Shown piece by piece: positions 50,499 through 64,000 of a stretch of 64,000 bases of DNA. The translations under genes were made by a program, and so were the position numbers. The stretch spans positions 248,001 through 312,000 of the forward strand of contig MU006099.1 in assembly GCA_010093705.1 (NCBI GenBank), written 5' to 3'. The notes under the pieces were generated by a model. That model did no database searches and was not told the DNA's origin. It was given only the letters and a program-made list of their open reading frames with translations. Numbering within the stretch: the stretch's first letter is position 1; each line of letters begins with the position of its first letter. The stretch is from Patellaria atrata CBS 101060. Taxonomy: Eukaryota.

Positions 50499-53400
50499 GT
50501 GGATAGGATAGGAGTACTCATGAACGTAGGATAAGCAATGAGAAATGAGATAGGAATAGACGAAGGGATATCACATCCCCCAAATCACTCTCTTCACATC
50601 CAATTTCCGCGATATTGACATCACGGCTGCCGAATCTATCTCCTGAACCATCAACCGCGTGTCTCTGACTCCCCCATCCTCATAATCGTCCCCGTATACA
50701 GTCTCCCTCACGTTTACAACGCCCTCATTGCACCACTTTACCCAATCATCGCCCGTCTCACCTCATCCCCCCGCTTACGAAACGTGGAGCGGCACAGTCT
50801 CACTCCTGACAGCTTAGCTTTCGTTCTCGTAAATAAGCTCTTACAAGCTTATTTGTGGCTTGGGATGTTGGAATGTCTCCGGCGGGTTGGGTCGTGTGGT
50901 GGTCTGGATTGGGTTGTCAGAGCTGGAAGGGTGGGAAGGGTTGCGAAGGGAAGGATGGGGGTGCTGGGGTTGATGGGGAGGGATTGGCGGGGAATCGAGT
51001 TTGGAGTTTTGAGAGAGTGGTTTGTTGGATGTGAAGGTGTGATTGGGAGGGGGGAGGAGGGTAGTTGGATGAGTTGAGCGGTCTGTTCGATTGAGGGACT
51101 TGGTAAGGGTTGGATATCGCTATTTTGTCATGGTTTTCTTGATATTGATGGGTTCTGGGTGTTTTAGGTATGTAGACCGGTTGGTTGGGTTCGAAGTAGG
51201 GATAATTGAGAGATGAGTGGGTGTTTGGTGTGAGAAATGTCAAGGTATCATTCTTCCCCCGTAGGCGGTCGTTGATATGAGTGAATTTCGATTCAGGATC
51301 CAGTGTCAATTACGTTCCTACTTTGGCGGTCAAGTTGCGTATGTAACGATTTGCGAAAGTGATGATGAGTTATATCCCTTCCGAATTGTAATTGATATTA
51401 CTTTGGGACTATATGCGTGATGAATTTAGAATACAATAGCGTACTATCCTAATACCTTTATAATATTCCTTGACCGTGTGAGTAAGTCATGTATAAGCTA
51501 TAGTCGACGCGTATATATCGCGAAGGACACTCCACATATCTCTCCCAGGATTAGGAAATGAAGGATAAATGGATGACATGCTCAGGAGTATGCAATACGG
51601 ACAGATCGCTTTGAATCCTTGAAAAGAGAGGAAAATGCAAAAAGAATGAATTGGAGACATAGGACATCGTGTTCTACTTCTATCTTACCGGAGATGTATA
51701 ACACCAGATTTCTCCATATGCGAGTTTGCGCGTATCAATGCGCCTCGTCAGCATGACACCGATGCATTCCCAAAGATCTCTATGATATTCTAAGTTCTTA
51801 CTACCAATATGATCGGGACGGCGGGTAGTACAAATAGGTTAGGTCCACTGTAGTAATAAATGTAGTTGCTGACTAGGCAGGAAAGCAAAGCTACTAAGGG
51901 GATTGGCTAGGGGATACTCCCGACCGTGCCGGCAATAAGCCGTATTTCCCGACTATTATTGCATTTGCCACAGTTCGTGCTATGAATGGATTACCTAGGC
52001 GATTTGGGCATCTATATCTGGACCTTATAAGATGTTATATGGGATCGGGTAGCTGGTCCACAATATTAGACATTAGCGGGCGCTAAGGAGGACTTCAACG
52101 GATTCGATTGTATCAGCTAGTTTTGCTGAGGGTAGTTTTACTGTATACGAGAAATTGTTCGGGTTGTCCGGAAAGGCTGAAATGATTATAATGATTATTC
52201 TTTGTTCCTCGGCTGGATTGCGTCTATCATACGTAGTCAAATTACGATCGTATGTCCTTCCACTGCCTACTATTGCCTACTTTGAGTTTCTTTTGCATGT
52301 TAATAATAGAATCGAGCATTAGTTTCCGGACAGTTCAGTGACGTTGCGATCTCGCAATAAGGCGACCCACGATTGCCTGCTGAAAGAAGCTGCTACCAAA
52401 AACACTCGGGAGCAACAGGATCACTAACCTCGTTCTTTAGTAGAAGTCAAATGACGAAAAGCAGGGCTGCCAACTAGTTCCCGCAGCCTCACTCTTAGGA
52501 GGAGCTGGGCTTCCCCACGCCAGCATTCAAGCATCTGACCTCGTGCAAGAGAAGAAAAATCGCATTTCTCATCGAAAAGTGGATTGAAGGCCGTTCACCG
52601 CCGGGAGACCTACTTGATACAACGAATGAGACGGGATACCCGCTACAGCGGGATGCCAGAGGTTACGTGCAGAAGACATTTGCAGGACTAGTTTTTCTAC
52701 TTGAATCAGCCCCACACATGTTGAAGATGTGTCCGCCATGCCGGCTTGAACCTTGACGATACAGCACGTACCTGATTAGAGCCGGGAAGGGAAGAGTGCC
52801 TGATGACAAGCGAAAGTCCAGACCGGATTCGGTAGGTTTACGAGATGAATCATATGCACCGCGTGCAGTAGTATCTAACCGTATGGTTGCAGAAGTGGGC
52901 GAAGAATGAACTGGACAACTGGAGTGGGTTGGAAGTAAAAGGTCTTTAGGGTTCGAGAGGTAGAGTAGTTCTAAGGTAGAAGGCCTTTAGGAGGGGTATG
53001 TTACCGTTTGGTTGGCTGAGGGGTGCGAAATATACTCGGGAAGCAGCCGTCCTATGCTCGCGAGAAAAATAGATTCTGTCACCTTCTTGAAAGAGGTTGC
53101 TAAAATACTTGTACAGAGGTGTATGAAAGCACTTCTCAGCCATCGCTTGGCCTCTGCGAATTATTATCGATCAGATGCCGTCACTTAATCTGGCGTTGTC
53201 GATCGTATTATTGCTTCATCCCTTGCTAAAGGATACTGATGCTGCATATACACAGTACTGATCCGGGATCTAACTTGAATCCGTCTTTTTGTGTGGACAT
53301 AGACGTATGCCTGAGACCGTGCTTTGAGACCATGCTTGAGACGCCAGTTTGTCGTTTTAGACATGTCGTGCCGGTGGCCATTTTGGGATCGCGTTCGCGG

Positions 53401-55292
53401 AGAAAATTTGCGGCGCGGCTGTCTCCTACTTGTCGAAAAAGAGAGTGAGGTCCGCAGCAGCGGTTCGCCAGGTTGCTAGCAATTGGTTGGGTTTGGTGGA
53501 TGCTGTGCTTGCCTGACGAGCTTGTAACGTCGCCGACATTTGCCTTGTAATTTGAGCCTTTGCAACAAACTTTTGTTCAAATTGTTGTTGGAGTCTCTTT
53601 TGAGGACACGGAGCGGGACTGTCTGAAACATTTTCGAGATTGTGCTTCGATATTGCTTGACTTGATGAAAGGTATCGCGGTTGGATGCAGATTGATGAGA
53701 ACTTGTGGGTCCCCTGTTCGACAAATATGAAGAGAAGTCTTTTTACTAGTATTGCAATGTGAGATTAGGGCCCACTGCCTAATGGTCCCTGCAGCACGAA
53801 CAATGTCTATCACTGCTGTCAAAGTTTCTGCTAGTTGCAATATGTGTAATGTAGCAGTGCTGCAAAGAATCTATGCGGTGCTATATGGCTGTATGTTGTC
53901 GGCATTGTTCTGGTAGCAGTTGTCCAGTTTGGCAAGTAACATCCAGCGTTTCTAAGTACAGTACGATACAGTACGGGACGGTATTGTACATGTTCGATAT
54001 ACTTAAAGCTGGACAAAGTTGATGACACCAGGCTCAATTGACGTGTAACCCACAAGCCATCCAATAATGAAGTAACTAGTAGCACGAGAACGGTGCAAAC
54101 CAGTGCGCGTGTGAAGGCGTCAATGGTCCTCACACAGCTGTAACACGCCTTGTTAAGGTAGCCCCTATGCTGTGTAATCATCGCGAGTTCGTGTCCTGAT
54201 GCTCTCTGCATCTCGTAAAAAAGAATGGCGTACACTGCGGCTGGTTCTGGAATGCTGAGAAGAAGCCGCCGGCAACGCCTCAAGGGACAGCATTTCCAGT
54301 AGAGCATTCGCGTGTCTGCATTTCCTAGGAACCGACGAATAATAGCAAGGCTTCGAAAACTCTTTCGTGCGTGGTGGACTTGTTAGATAGAAAAGAGAAA
54401 AAGAAAATCATCAAATGCAGGGACATGGAGAAATGGACTGAAGCTTATTCGCGTGCCCTACCAGTTGTATCTGTACCTTTACGTGGGAGGGCAAAAAGGC
54501 TGCCGATTCTATCTTTTAAGGACGACTAATTGTATTTAGTGGTGGAGGATGGGAAGAGGGATGAAGGTGGGATATGGATTTTGGGGTTTGGGATGGTGGA
54601 GAAGCTTTGGGATAGGTGCCCACGATGCCCTTGTGCCCTAAAATGCTTGCCAGTGGGTGGGCGTTCTTTCTAGTTAGGCTGGGGCCTCGTTTTCGGCGGT
54701 TAGCGGTCATTTTTCGCCTTTCCTTTGCGTCTGTAGGGGACTCTGGCGCTTCTGGTTATGCTTTTGGTCTTTCTGGTTGTGTCTGTCTGCTGGGGACGCT
54801 TCCGTGCTCAAAAACTCTGTCGAGTCCACAAAAGCTCTAAACTCTCCTGCTCCCATCTCACCTCCACCTCAAGGACATCCCTCCCCTTCCCCCGTTTTGG
54901 TCGTCCACACCGTTTGTTCGTGCCACTCTTACACGGCCAGCGCCGTTCGGTGCAAGGCCCTCTCGGCCAGCTACATAATATTACATCTATTGAATCTCCA
55001 CTCTTAAACTCGGGTTTTGTTACCACTGGCGTTCCATGGCATCTTGCACCACCTAGAAAGGCGTTCAACTGTGCATTTCTGCTCGATACCCCTCAAGTTA
55101 TTACCTTTAAAGCATTGCCTCTTCAACTGTAAACATATCCATTTTCAATATCTAGGTTTTCGTCGTCGTCTCATAATAAACCACATAGGTCGGCTGGTGC
55201 CACTATACATATCAGTCGAATAAGAAGCAAGGAAACAGACTCGCCATTCTAGGGCTTGACCAGACCGCACTACGGCCTAACACTCTTCAAGT

Positions 55293-57068
55293 ATGCCGAT
55301 ACTTGATGGCGTGAAATACGCTTGCGAATCCTGTATCAGAGGTCATCGCGTGAGCGGTTGCACGCACACCGGCAAGTCTCCCAGACAGCTGCTGAGCGAT
55401 GCTGCCGCTCTGCAATGAATTCTAGCTGACCTTTACTGTTCGCTGCAGACCGCGAGCTTAAACATATCAATCCTAAAGGTCGTCCTGTTAGGCAATGCGA
55501 ACACTGCCGTAGTGCTCGCAAGTCTAAGTCACAGCATGCGAAATGCGACTGTGGTGAAAAGAAGGAACGTGAAAAGACAACTGGAGCGCTGAAACGTATG
55601 AGTATTGCCACCTACGTTCTATAACCTTACTAACTGTGTATTAGATGATGGGAATACTTGTGTTTGCTTCCATGGCGAGAAGTGTACCTGCGGGTTGAAG
55701 AAAGCGCCCAGTGAACTCAAACTGGATACGTCTGCCAGCCGACTTGCTCATCCAATATCCAAAGCCCGGCCTCGCGCCACTACTACGAATTCCGATACGA
55801 CGTTAACATTCCTCGCAAACGGCCATCATATGCCATGCCACAGGAACAACAATAGCGCCCACACAAGTGGTCTGCCGTATAAGATTCCCAGGCATCATAG
55901 TAATCATGGGGTTCCACATGGACAACTACATACATATTATTCTCCGACGCACGAGAGTCCCAATTTCGCGTTCAGCTCTGACGCTCAGTTGGTTCGCCGC
56001 TCCCATGATGATCTTGTTTCACTCAATGGTGGCCTTCCACCATATGGTAATTCCTCAATGGCGCAGTCATTCGATAGTCTACCTCTGAATGGTCTCAATG
56101 CGACTGGTCAACTGAATACTAGAACGCTGAATCCATTTCAGGATGGAGGATATATCCCAAATCTTACACCAGCTCTATCAGATAAGGAACGTGGCACTCC
56201 ATTCGGTAACCAGGTTAGCGATGGCCCCGGTGGACTGTTCCCGTTTTCTGGCATATCATCTGGTCTCAATCCTCCTTTCGAAGACTTTTCTACTTCGCCA
56301 AGTGACCATTATATTGCATCTCCTTTGGATCACGATTTTGGCCTCCATTCTGCCGGCATTAACCCGTCTTGGGGCTCTATAGACCTTCCCCTCGATCCGA
56401 ATAAACTATCAAATTCCATCGAGAAGCCTATATCTCACAGCGGGGAATCAAACTTCTATAGTGTTCCCGGTCTTACCGCTCCATCTTCAGGATCCCAATC
56501 AGAGATTGGCGATCAGCCGTTTTTCGCCGATAATGAGGTCCGCACTCACCCGTCACGTGGTGTGGAGAGCTTCAGTTGGGATGACACCCCTAGTTCTGCG
56601 GAACCTCCCGCGAACCGTAATAGTTTTGCATCACTGCAAGATTATCTATCACTACAAGGCCGCGGTCCCACATCTGCACCTCTTCCTGCAGACCGTCGTT
56701 CACTGGACATTGACCTCATGAAAGGTCAGTCTCCGAACTTCCTGGCGATACTGGAGCCTCCGAGATCCGCACCCGCACCGAACATTCCGAGTCCCGATCC
56801 CTTAGACGCCACACCGTCTTACTGTATCGGTTCAACTCCAACTACAATGGCTTCGCCGGTTTATTCACCAGTGGACTACTCGATGCTCACTAGTGCCCCA
56901 AGGTCTATGCCGCTCTCAACCACTACAGCCGATTCTAAAATTTCTCCCAACGCCAATTTAGAGGATACCAACCTCGACAACGCCGCCTGGTTAAATGTCG
57001 ACCTCAACTTCGACACCGCCAACTATGACGATCAGCTTAATTCGTCCAGCTTCGCCTGGATTGGCTGA
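55293..57068 (+). CDS. Copper-fist DNA-binding transcription factor (Ace1/Cup2/Haa1/Mac1 family), introns 55372-55448 (GC-AG) and 55596-55644
   Basis: Spliced N-terminus is MPILDGVKYACESCIRGHRVSGCTHT|DRELKHINPKGRPVRQCEHCR...KCDCG, followed by CVCFHGEKCTC and FLANGHH. Confidence 0.95.
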
Positions 57069-59339
57069 CGTTTACCATTGACGACGCTGATGACGCCACG
57101 ACTGACGCCTAGATACCTGTTCTCTTTTCCTTTCAATACAATCTGGAAGCTTGTTTAGACCTGACATCTAGTACATATTTATCACCTCCCGTCTCTCGTT
57201 AAAGATGAGATCTTGTGTATACTCTTGTCCCCTTTTTGAATTATAGATTTTCTTACATTTGGTAAGAGATGGAAATTACTAAGGCTGTGCGAGTAGAAGG
57301 AAAAATATTCTTCTGGAATGTTTGTTGATGTAGCTCATTCTATCTACCTAATACTGAGGCTTGGAAGATGAATTGCATTTTTAGTGCTTAGTAGACAACC
57401 ACTTAGACGGTAAAAGAACGGAGTTGAAATACTAAATATTCTTATCTTCATAGCTTGGACCCTCTTAGTCTTGCTGAAGCGCAACTATCTGATATCCCCC
57501 TCGGTTTTTAATCCATATGCTCCGACCCAATGTCGGCGCTACACAAAATCCGTTTGCAAAAGATCCCAAAACAAGCAATTATACTATTAGAAAACCGACT
57601 AATCAACATTACTTGTCCGTTACTCTAGAAGTGTCTTGAGCCGTCCGAAAGGAAAACACAAAAGTGTTCTTTGAAGAATATTTACAAGGAAACAAGAGAC
57701 AGTGGAAAGCTTGAGCGGTTCATACTCTCAATGTTACGTCGGAATGAGCCGAAAGTATATGCGATTGCTAGGTGGTTCTGGATTTGTGCGTAACAATAAC
57801 AACTGACATTAAAAAGTGAGTACCCATAGATTACATGTGAGACCAGACGTCACCTCTATCCCTTAAACCCGCGCCATGCAGGACAGAACTGCACAATCGA
57901 TCCTCATCGGCAGCGGGAAACGCGCAGAGACCACAACATGTCCATTCCATCTGCCAGATGACGCGATGACATTCTATCACCGCAGTAAGCGACAGACTTC
58001 CCATCACCATCAAGCCCACACGCGTACGGATCGGTGATATAGTGACATGCCTCCTGTCCTCCCTTCCCATCTCCCCACAAAGCACAAGACGCAACATATT
58101 ACCCCCTAATCCCCAGCCTGTCAAAACCCTGTGCCACGTCCCTCCCGTCCGACCAAGCTCTCGCACGCGCCAGCGCGCCCTCTCAGCGTGTTCGCCACCC
58201 TTTCACACGTGTCACCGCGCTCGCATGCGGGCATCCGACGTACTGGGTTCCGTTTCGACAGCTAGGCCCGGCAACCCGGATGCAGGGGACACAGGGGGTT
58301 TATGTTCGTGTTACACGAGGCAACGGGGGTACTGGGAACGGGGAAAATGTGTGGGCGAGGTTGCTGGCGTGGTAGTACTGGGTGGGGAATATCGTAGGTC
58401 AGACCAAAAGCTATGAGAAAATGTTGGGGGGAACGGAATTGCCTTTGAGTAGGGAAAGGATGGACGGTTCGAGAAAATTGCTTTGGGATAAGCTTGTGGG
58501 AAGGGCAAATTGCTGTGCTGTGCTAGGTATTCCGCTGTGAAGTGGTGACATCCTTGGGGGGAGGACTTGGGCTGGTTGACAGCGCCTGACAGCTGCAGAG
58601 CGGCGGTTAGGCGGAGTCGTGGAACGTGTTGCACTAGCTTGCGTTGAGGGGGATTGAGTTGCCATATTCGAATTGCGCGGATGAATCCGGTGCGGTGTCG
58701 GGTGGATGTGTTTCCGTTGACTTCATTGTGGTTTCAATTGGATGGGTAGTTTGAGCAGTTTGCTATTCCAATACTTTTATGTTTCCTTTGTAGACCCATT
58801 GCAAGCAATCGGGAGGAGGCATAATTTATCGTTCGATTATCTTGCTGGCAGTAGTGGAGATGCTGCGAGATACATCTGATCGGATTGCTAGGACTTTCAG
58901 CTGCTACCCGGTCCTGTATCTAACACGACAGACTTGGTCTTGGTTTTGAACGTATAGATGACTGAATTGTCCCGCTTGATCGCCTTTGATTCAGATCGAT
59001 CTGATCTGTAAGCCATGTCATGCACGATCTCGATCAAAGCCATCTATTGGATTCTTCGTTATAACTACACATGCAACCTCTATAATAAATTCTATGATTA
59101 TCATAGAGTAGGAAACGGTATTTGTATGCAATGAATAAGATGATCTTCGATTGAATGACATGAGACCTTGAAAGAGTTGGAATTTGACTAAGAAAAGGAG
59201 AACAAACAAGATGAATCAGAATGAACTCTTTGGTACGTCAAATAACAAGTAAGAGAACGTTAGATTCTTACCCCGGTATTGTAAAATACGAGGCGAACTT
59301 TTTGTGAAATATTACGAACGTCACTGTCACCGCGTAGTC

Positions 59340-61167
59340 TTACAATCCTAAAGCAATTCTCCTCCAGCAGTTCGACACATCTTCACAAAGCGTAATGAAG
59401 TTATCATCCTCGATAAAACTGACAAACAGTTCATCAAGCACGGCCATTCGTTCGTCAGAAGATTGTGAGGCGTACTGTGCTAGGTTTTCGGCATTGTCCG
59501 ACGATGTAGAATTTGATAGTAGATTGGAGATCCGTTTAATAGAATCCAGTGGCAGTTCCCGATCCATCGAATTAGAGGCGTGAATATTAGTTGATGTTTT
59601 ACTAAGTGGAACCCTATGTTCTGTGAGACGTGTAGTTAGATGAGCACCAGCATCGAGTAGCTCTGTCTCAGCACTTGGCTCTTCGCTGACGGATCGTTGG
59701 TTATGCTTCTCTTGGTTAATACCCGCTGTAGTACGGTGGCCGTAACTGGCGGGAATATCCGCTTTAGTTACAAACCTCGGTGTGGGGAGAGGAGGCAGTT
59801 CAACAGCGGAGAATGGTCGACTGGAACTTGTCGCCACATCAAAGTTGCGTTTCTTGCCTACGGCGGCACGGGGGAACGGTAACTCACGGCGAGGCGGTAT
59901 TAGCTGAAGGATAGAGTTCTCATCTGAGAACAAAGGTGCCGTAGAGGGCCTCTCTGAGCTAATGTTTGAAGAACTGACCGTACTTGGTGGAGTTGCTGGA
60001 GGTTGTGCAAAGTAAGGCGAGGACGTTGCCGGACGATCACGTGAAGTGCTTGAAGACCAATTAATGTCACCCAAACGATCACCTCCCCCAGCATTACTGA
60101 TCGGGTGATGTGAAGTCGGTAAATGTTCTGGTATAGGGTAAAGTGAGGGCTGGTGAGTAACAGCTTGTCCACTTGCTGGAGGTATCGAACTGAGATTGAA
60201 GTTTGCATCAGTATGTTGTGGCAGGCTGAAAGGTGGAATGTATGGCCGTGATGAAGAGAGACTTGGGCCAGACATGGGTCTATCAACTGAGTGCACCCCA
60301 CCCGTCATGGAGTCCGGGCGTTGGATTCGGGCGGATGTTGGTCTCAAGTTTTGGGCCTGGTCGTATACAGTAGGGATCCCGTCACAGAAAGGTTTCTTTG
60401 GAGGGAAGATTTGTACCGAACTCGGGGAGTCCGAAGATGGATTCTCTGGCAGAGCTGCGAGAGAACTAGTTGAACATGACGGACCAGATCTTTCAGGTCG
60501 AGCCGTCTTTTCGGAAACAGGAGTCTGGCTGAGTACACACCCAAGCCTTTCAAGATAACTAACAGCAACTCTAAAGTCTTCATCACGAAGAAATTTCAGC
60601 TGGATCCGCCGTACCTATGGGGTACCCCGTGTTAGCACATTCATGGGGCATTTCTCCATCAACACTAGATTACCATGCCACCAGGGAGAATATATCTCAG
60701 CGCTAGCAACGGACATCGGATGAGTCCTGTGAGCGGGAGCTTGTCTTTGTGCAATTGAGTGCTGTGCCTCCTTGTCTCTGTTGTCAAGGCGATTGTGTCT
60801 TGGGATAACTGCTCAACGTTAAGTAACTCCTATCCACAACACAGTTAGAACCTGGAGATCAAGAATGTATGCATTGATTTCATCAAAAGCGAACAGGATT
60901 GAATAGAGACTAGACATTTTCTTTAACTCTTGATTTTCGTACCAGAACCTTAGTCCCTTGAACGACCTTCAAAACTTTAGAGCTTCTGTTGACTTGACTG
61001 GTAGCACCGGCCTGAAAAGTATCGAAAACTGCTGTAAGATCAAGAGTAGTATGTTTCCATGAGAATGTCTTCTCCGATTCATGATCTGTAGCGTCGGAAA
61101 ACTTTAGTAATGGAAAACTGATCAAATCAGCTGTTGGCCTTAGAGATGGTAAACGCTTGGGTGGCAT
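59340..61167 (-). CDS. REC114/Rec7-like meiotic double-strand-break protein, 551 aa (introns 60830-60942, 60615-60673)
   Basis: PH-like N-terminus (FSWKH...LKVVQG...LLALRY...VRRIQLKF..DEDF..AVSYL..LG), disordered middle, and C-terminal helix FIEDDNFITLCEDVSNCWRR. Exons of 225+156+1275 nt are in frame. Confidence 0.75.
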
Positions 61168-61599
61168 TGTCCCGTAAGAGGTGTATTAAACAGATATATA
61201 AAAGGATTAGCAGGAGATCTGGAAACTTTACATTGATGTCAACTTGATAGAATATCCTCATACACTTATTAGGGGTGGAAGAGAGATGGAACGAAAGACG
61301 AATGCACGTGAAGTTGAAGTTGAGATCTTACACGCTAATCTTTTTTGGGCTAAAGGCTGGGAGGTCCGAGCGGGATCGCGCTCAGCGTGAATGAGACGAG
61401 GTCCCTTGGCTCGTCGACAATTATTGAAGCTCGCGACGACAAAAGACCGCAATCAGCGTTATCAACTCCAACACTCTCCCGCGCAAGATTCTTGCTAAGA
61501 TATTTGCAGTGCAGCTGCATTTGAACTGCATCAATCTGCGCTTGTCCATGACGATACACTGTGACCTCCCCATTCTGCCAAAAATCGCAATCTGCGACT

Positions 61600-64000
61600 A
61601 TGGCTCCCGTACGGCAACGCGACCCTTCTGTCGAACGGACCGAGGAATATGAGGAGTTTATGAAAAAGTTGGAAGAGTATCATCAAAAACGGGGGTATGT
61701 CTTCTAGGGATATAATTATTGGTCCAATTACTGATTCTGATCGCAGAACTCAGCTGGAACGAGAACCCAAGGTCGGACCACGACATCTTGACCTCTTACG
61801 TTTGTACAAACGAGTAGTCGAAGAAGGGGGCTATGATAAAGTATCAGATACGAAGAACAACAAGCTTGCATGGAGAAAAATCACATCTGAATTCTTCCCA
61901 TGGAGCAATGCCGTCACAACTCAAGCATTCATTGTCAAAAGCGCATACTACAAGAATCTCGCGTAAGTTACGTGTAACCTAGAGGTATTTGAACACTCAT
62001 ACTAACAAAGCTCAAAGTGCTTACGAAATAACCCATATTCACAAAAAGGAACCGCCTCCAAAAGAAATCCTGGAAGACCTAACTGCAAAAGGAGGCGACC
62101 TCTTGAATCGTACTGTAGAAAACTATTTCCCAAGAATGAATAGGGAAACGGAAAATTTGATAAATGGGAAAGATGCATATGATTCGGATACCGAGCAGAA
62201 AACTCCCGGAAATGATAAAATGGATATCGACGAGCCTACTAGTGCTGGGAGGATGACTCGAGGTTAGTGCTGATTGTTCTTTGGCCTTTGAAGCTACTCT
62301 GTGGTCAACTATCTGGGTACTAACGGGTATTTGTCAGCTCTTCGACATGCACCACCCCAGCGAGTGCTCTTCCAACCTGATGTGTCTTCATCAAGGCAGG
62401 GGAGACAATCAACTACGGGGGTAAACTCTCCCGCACCCACTTCAGTGAACGGAATATATAGCGGTAGTGGCACGTCAATGACTACTATTGCAAATTATGA
62501 ACCTAGACAACAGGTTCCCTCGGCGGTAAAGCCAGTCGTCACTCCTGGCAACAATCTTAATTATTACAAAGATAAAGCGAGTAGAATGTTAGCTGCTAAG
62601 CGCTTAGGAAGACCTATTGCTCCAAGAGGAATGATGCTTCCAGGCAGTATGTAAACCACTACCCTTCTACAAAAGTTACCAACTGATTTTATGTAGCTGG
62701 TTTCACTGGGCCGAACATTTACATTCGCGCTCAGCTGGCATTGCAATCCAGTATAGTAGAAGAGCAGGCATATGCTCTACACCATTTGGTTAAAATATCT
62801 CACGAAAGAGGTGATAAATACAGGTTCGATGGATTCCCCGGTCTTGCCGAAGCTCTAATAGATAAAGGTTTGCAAGTTGCATCTTTATTCTGGGACATAA
62901 AATTACGGATCTCGTACGATGATGTTGAAAACCATGAGGAGCCACATGTCCTCAACGGTGTCCAAGGTACAAGAAATCTACTCCAGAATATCCAAAATTT
63001 TCCACTTCGAGACACGTACGACGACATCCAGACTGAAGAATTTGCAGCCGAGATGGGCAGAATCAACGAAGCAGGACTCGTTCTCCGTAATATGGTGATG
63101 ATGGAAGAAAATGCACAGTATCTATCTAGGTTACCAGTCATACGGGACTTCATAACGGTGGCATTAAACTTACCCCCCCGAACAGCTACAATCGAGCTAA
63201 AACATCAGGCGTTGGAAATTGCGGAGCAATTAACTAAATACTTTGTGTTGGGTGCAACCGACCCATTATACCAGTCTCTTTTAAATCAACTGTACTGCGA
63301 TGATCGAGGTGCTATAATCACAGCCCTACGAGCCTTGGGTCGCATATCGATGAACCTGGAGGTCAACAACCGCCTTGAGAATGTACCAGACAAATTACTC
63401 CAGCGAATACACGATTGGCTACTTATTGATGATGAAGAATTACGAAACGGATGCCTTGATTTCCTATATCAATTTACCGCTAGCGTAGATAATGTCGAGC
63501 TCCTGCTGCGCAGTGTACATATTGATAGTTTAATCAATCAGCTCGTTCGACTATTACTACATAATGCTCCAACAACGGAGACGAAAGAGCGGTCGCGGGC
63601 AGTCACGAAAGGCGGACCATCACCGGAAACGGCACCGAAGCTCTCAATAGCAATCATTGAGCAATTCCTCGAATACAGTGAGCCAGAGCGCAGCCAGCAA
63701 TGGTAAATTACCCCAATCCCTAAAATGTGACAACCCTCTCATTTTCATATTAGGTTACGCACGTGCTTCGAAGACGATCCATCCGGGGAAATAACCCAAA
63801 TAGCCCTCTGGCAAGCCTACAACGACTGCTTCAAACACGCGCTCGAAACCCGCCCTAACATATCCCCCCTCATGCCCGCCAAGGACTTCATTACCAATGT
63901 CAGTACCACCTTCCCCGGCGCCACCGCCCAGGTCCTCAACACTGGCACGACACACAAATATACGATCCGCGGGATCCGCCCGCGCGCCATTCCCGTCGAC
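61600..64000 (+). CDS. RSC9: RSC chromatin-remodelling complex subunit (ARID + armadillo + RFX-like), multi-intron, runs off the window end
   Basis: ARID motif LDLLRLYKRVVEEGGYDKV...AWRKI...KSAYYKNL; GPNIYIRAQLAL; LHHLVKISHERGDKY; RFX-like WLRTCFEDD...ITQIALWQAY...FPGATAQ. Confidence 0.92.

Noticed and set aside
50573..51309. Minus-strand frame continuing through three in-frame TGA codons (readthrough/selenocysteine?)
   Set aside because: The stop density is about what chance gives, the product is low-complexity and explained by base skew, and ascomycetes are not known to use Sec.
52946..52953. Telomerase-RNA template-like AACCCTAA on the minus strand (also near 25773)
   Set aside because: About two such 8-mers are expected by chance in 64 kb, and no pseudoknot or 3'-processing signal was recognisable.

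Overview
Intron-rich filamentous ascomycete (Pezizomycotina) genomic DNA; gene models were built by hand from GT/GC-AG junctions and CTAAC/CTGAC-type branch sites. About 21 protein-coding genes are supported. Recognisable housekeeping genes are CAP1, COX15, PLB1, DPH2, a Btb1/IBTK-type ankyrin-RCC1-BTB protein, a copper-fist transcription factor and RSC9. Several 'hypothetical' genes have recognisable remote identities: a REC114-like meiotic DSB factor, a SPATA22/RPA2-like OB-fold protein, a LAMTOR2/Roadblock-like protein and a DUF2256+DUF3253-like protein. An accessory block at about 35.6-43.6 kb holds a degenerate 18-bp repeat array, a divergent TF/SDR pair, nested transposon relics (solo LTRs with target-site duplications in and beside a TIR element) and a GIT1-type permease pseudogene. 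A 100-N assembly gap lies in a (TTTTTTA)n tract. A repeating C-rich to G-rich strand-skew pattern recurs every 8-16 kb. No tRNA, rRNA or CRISPR was found, and I see no clearly novel multi-gene system. All family calls come from recalled motifs, not database searches.
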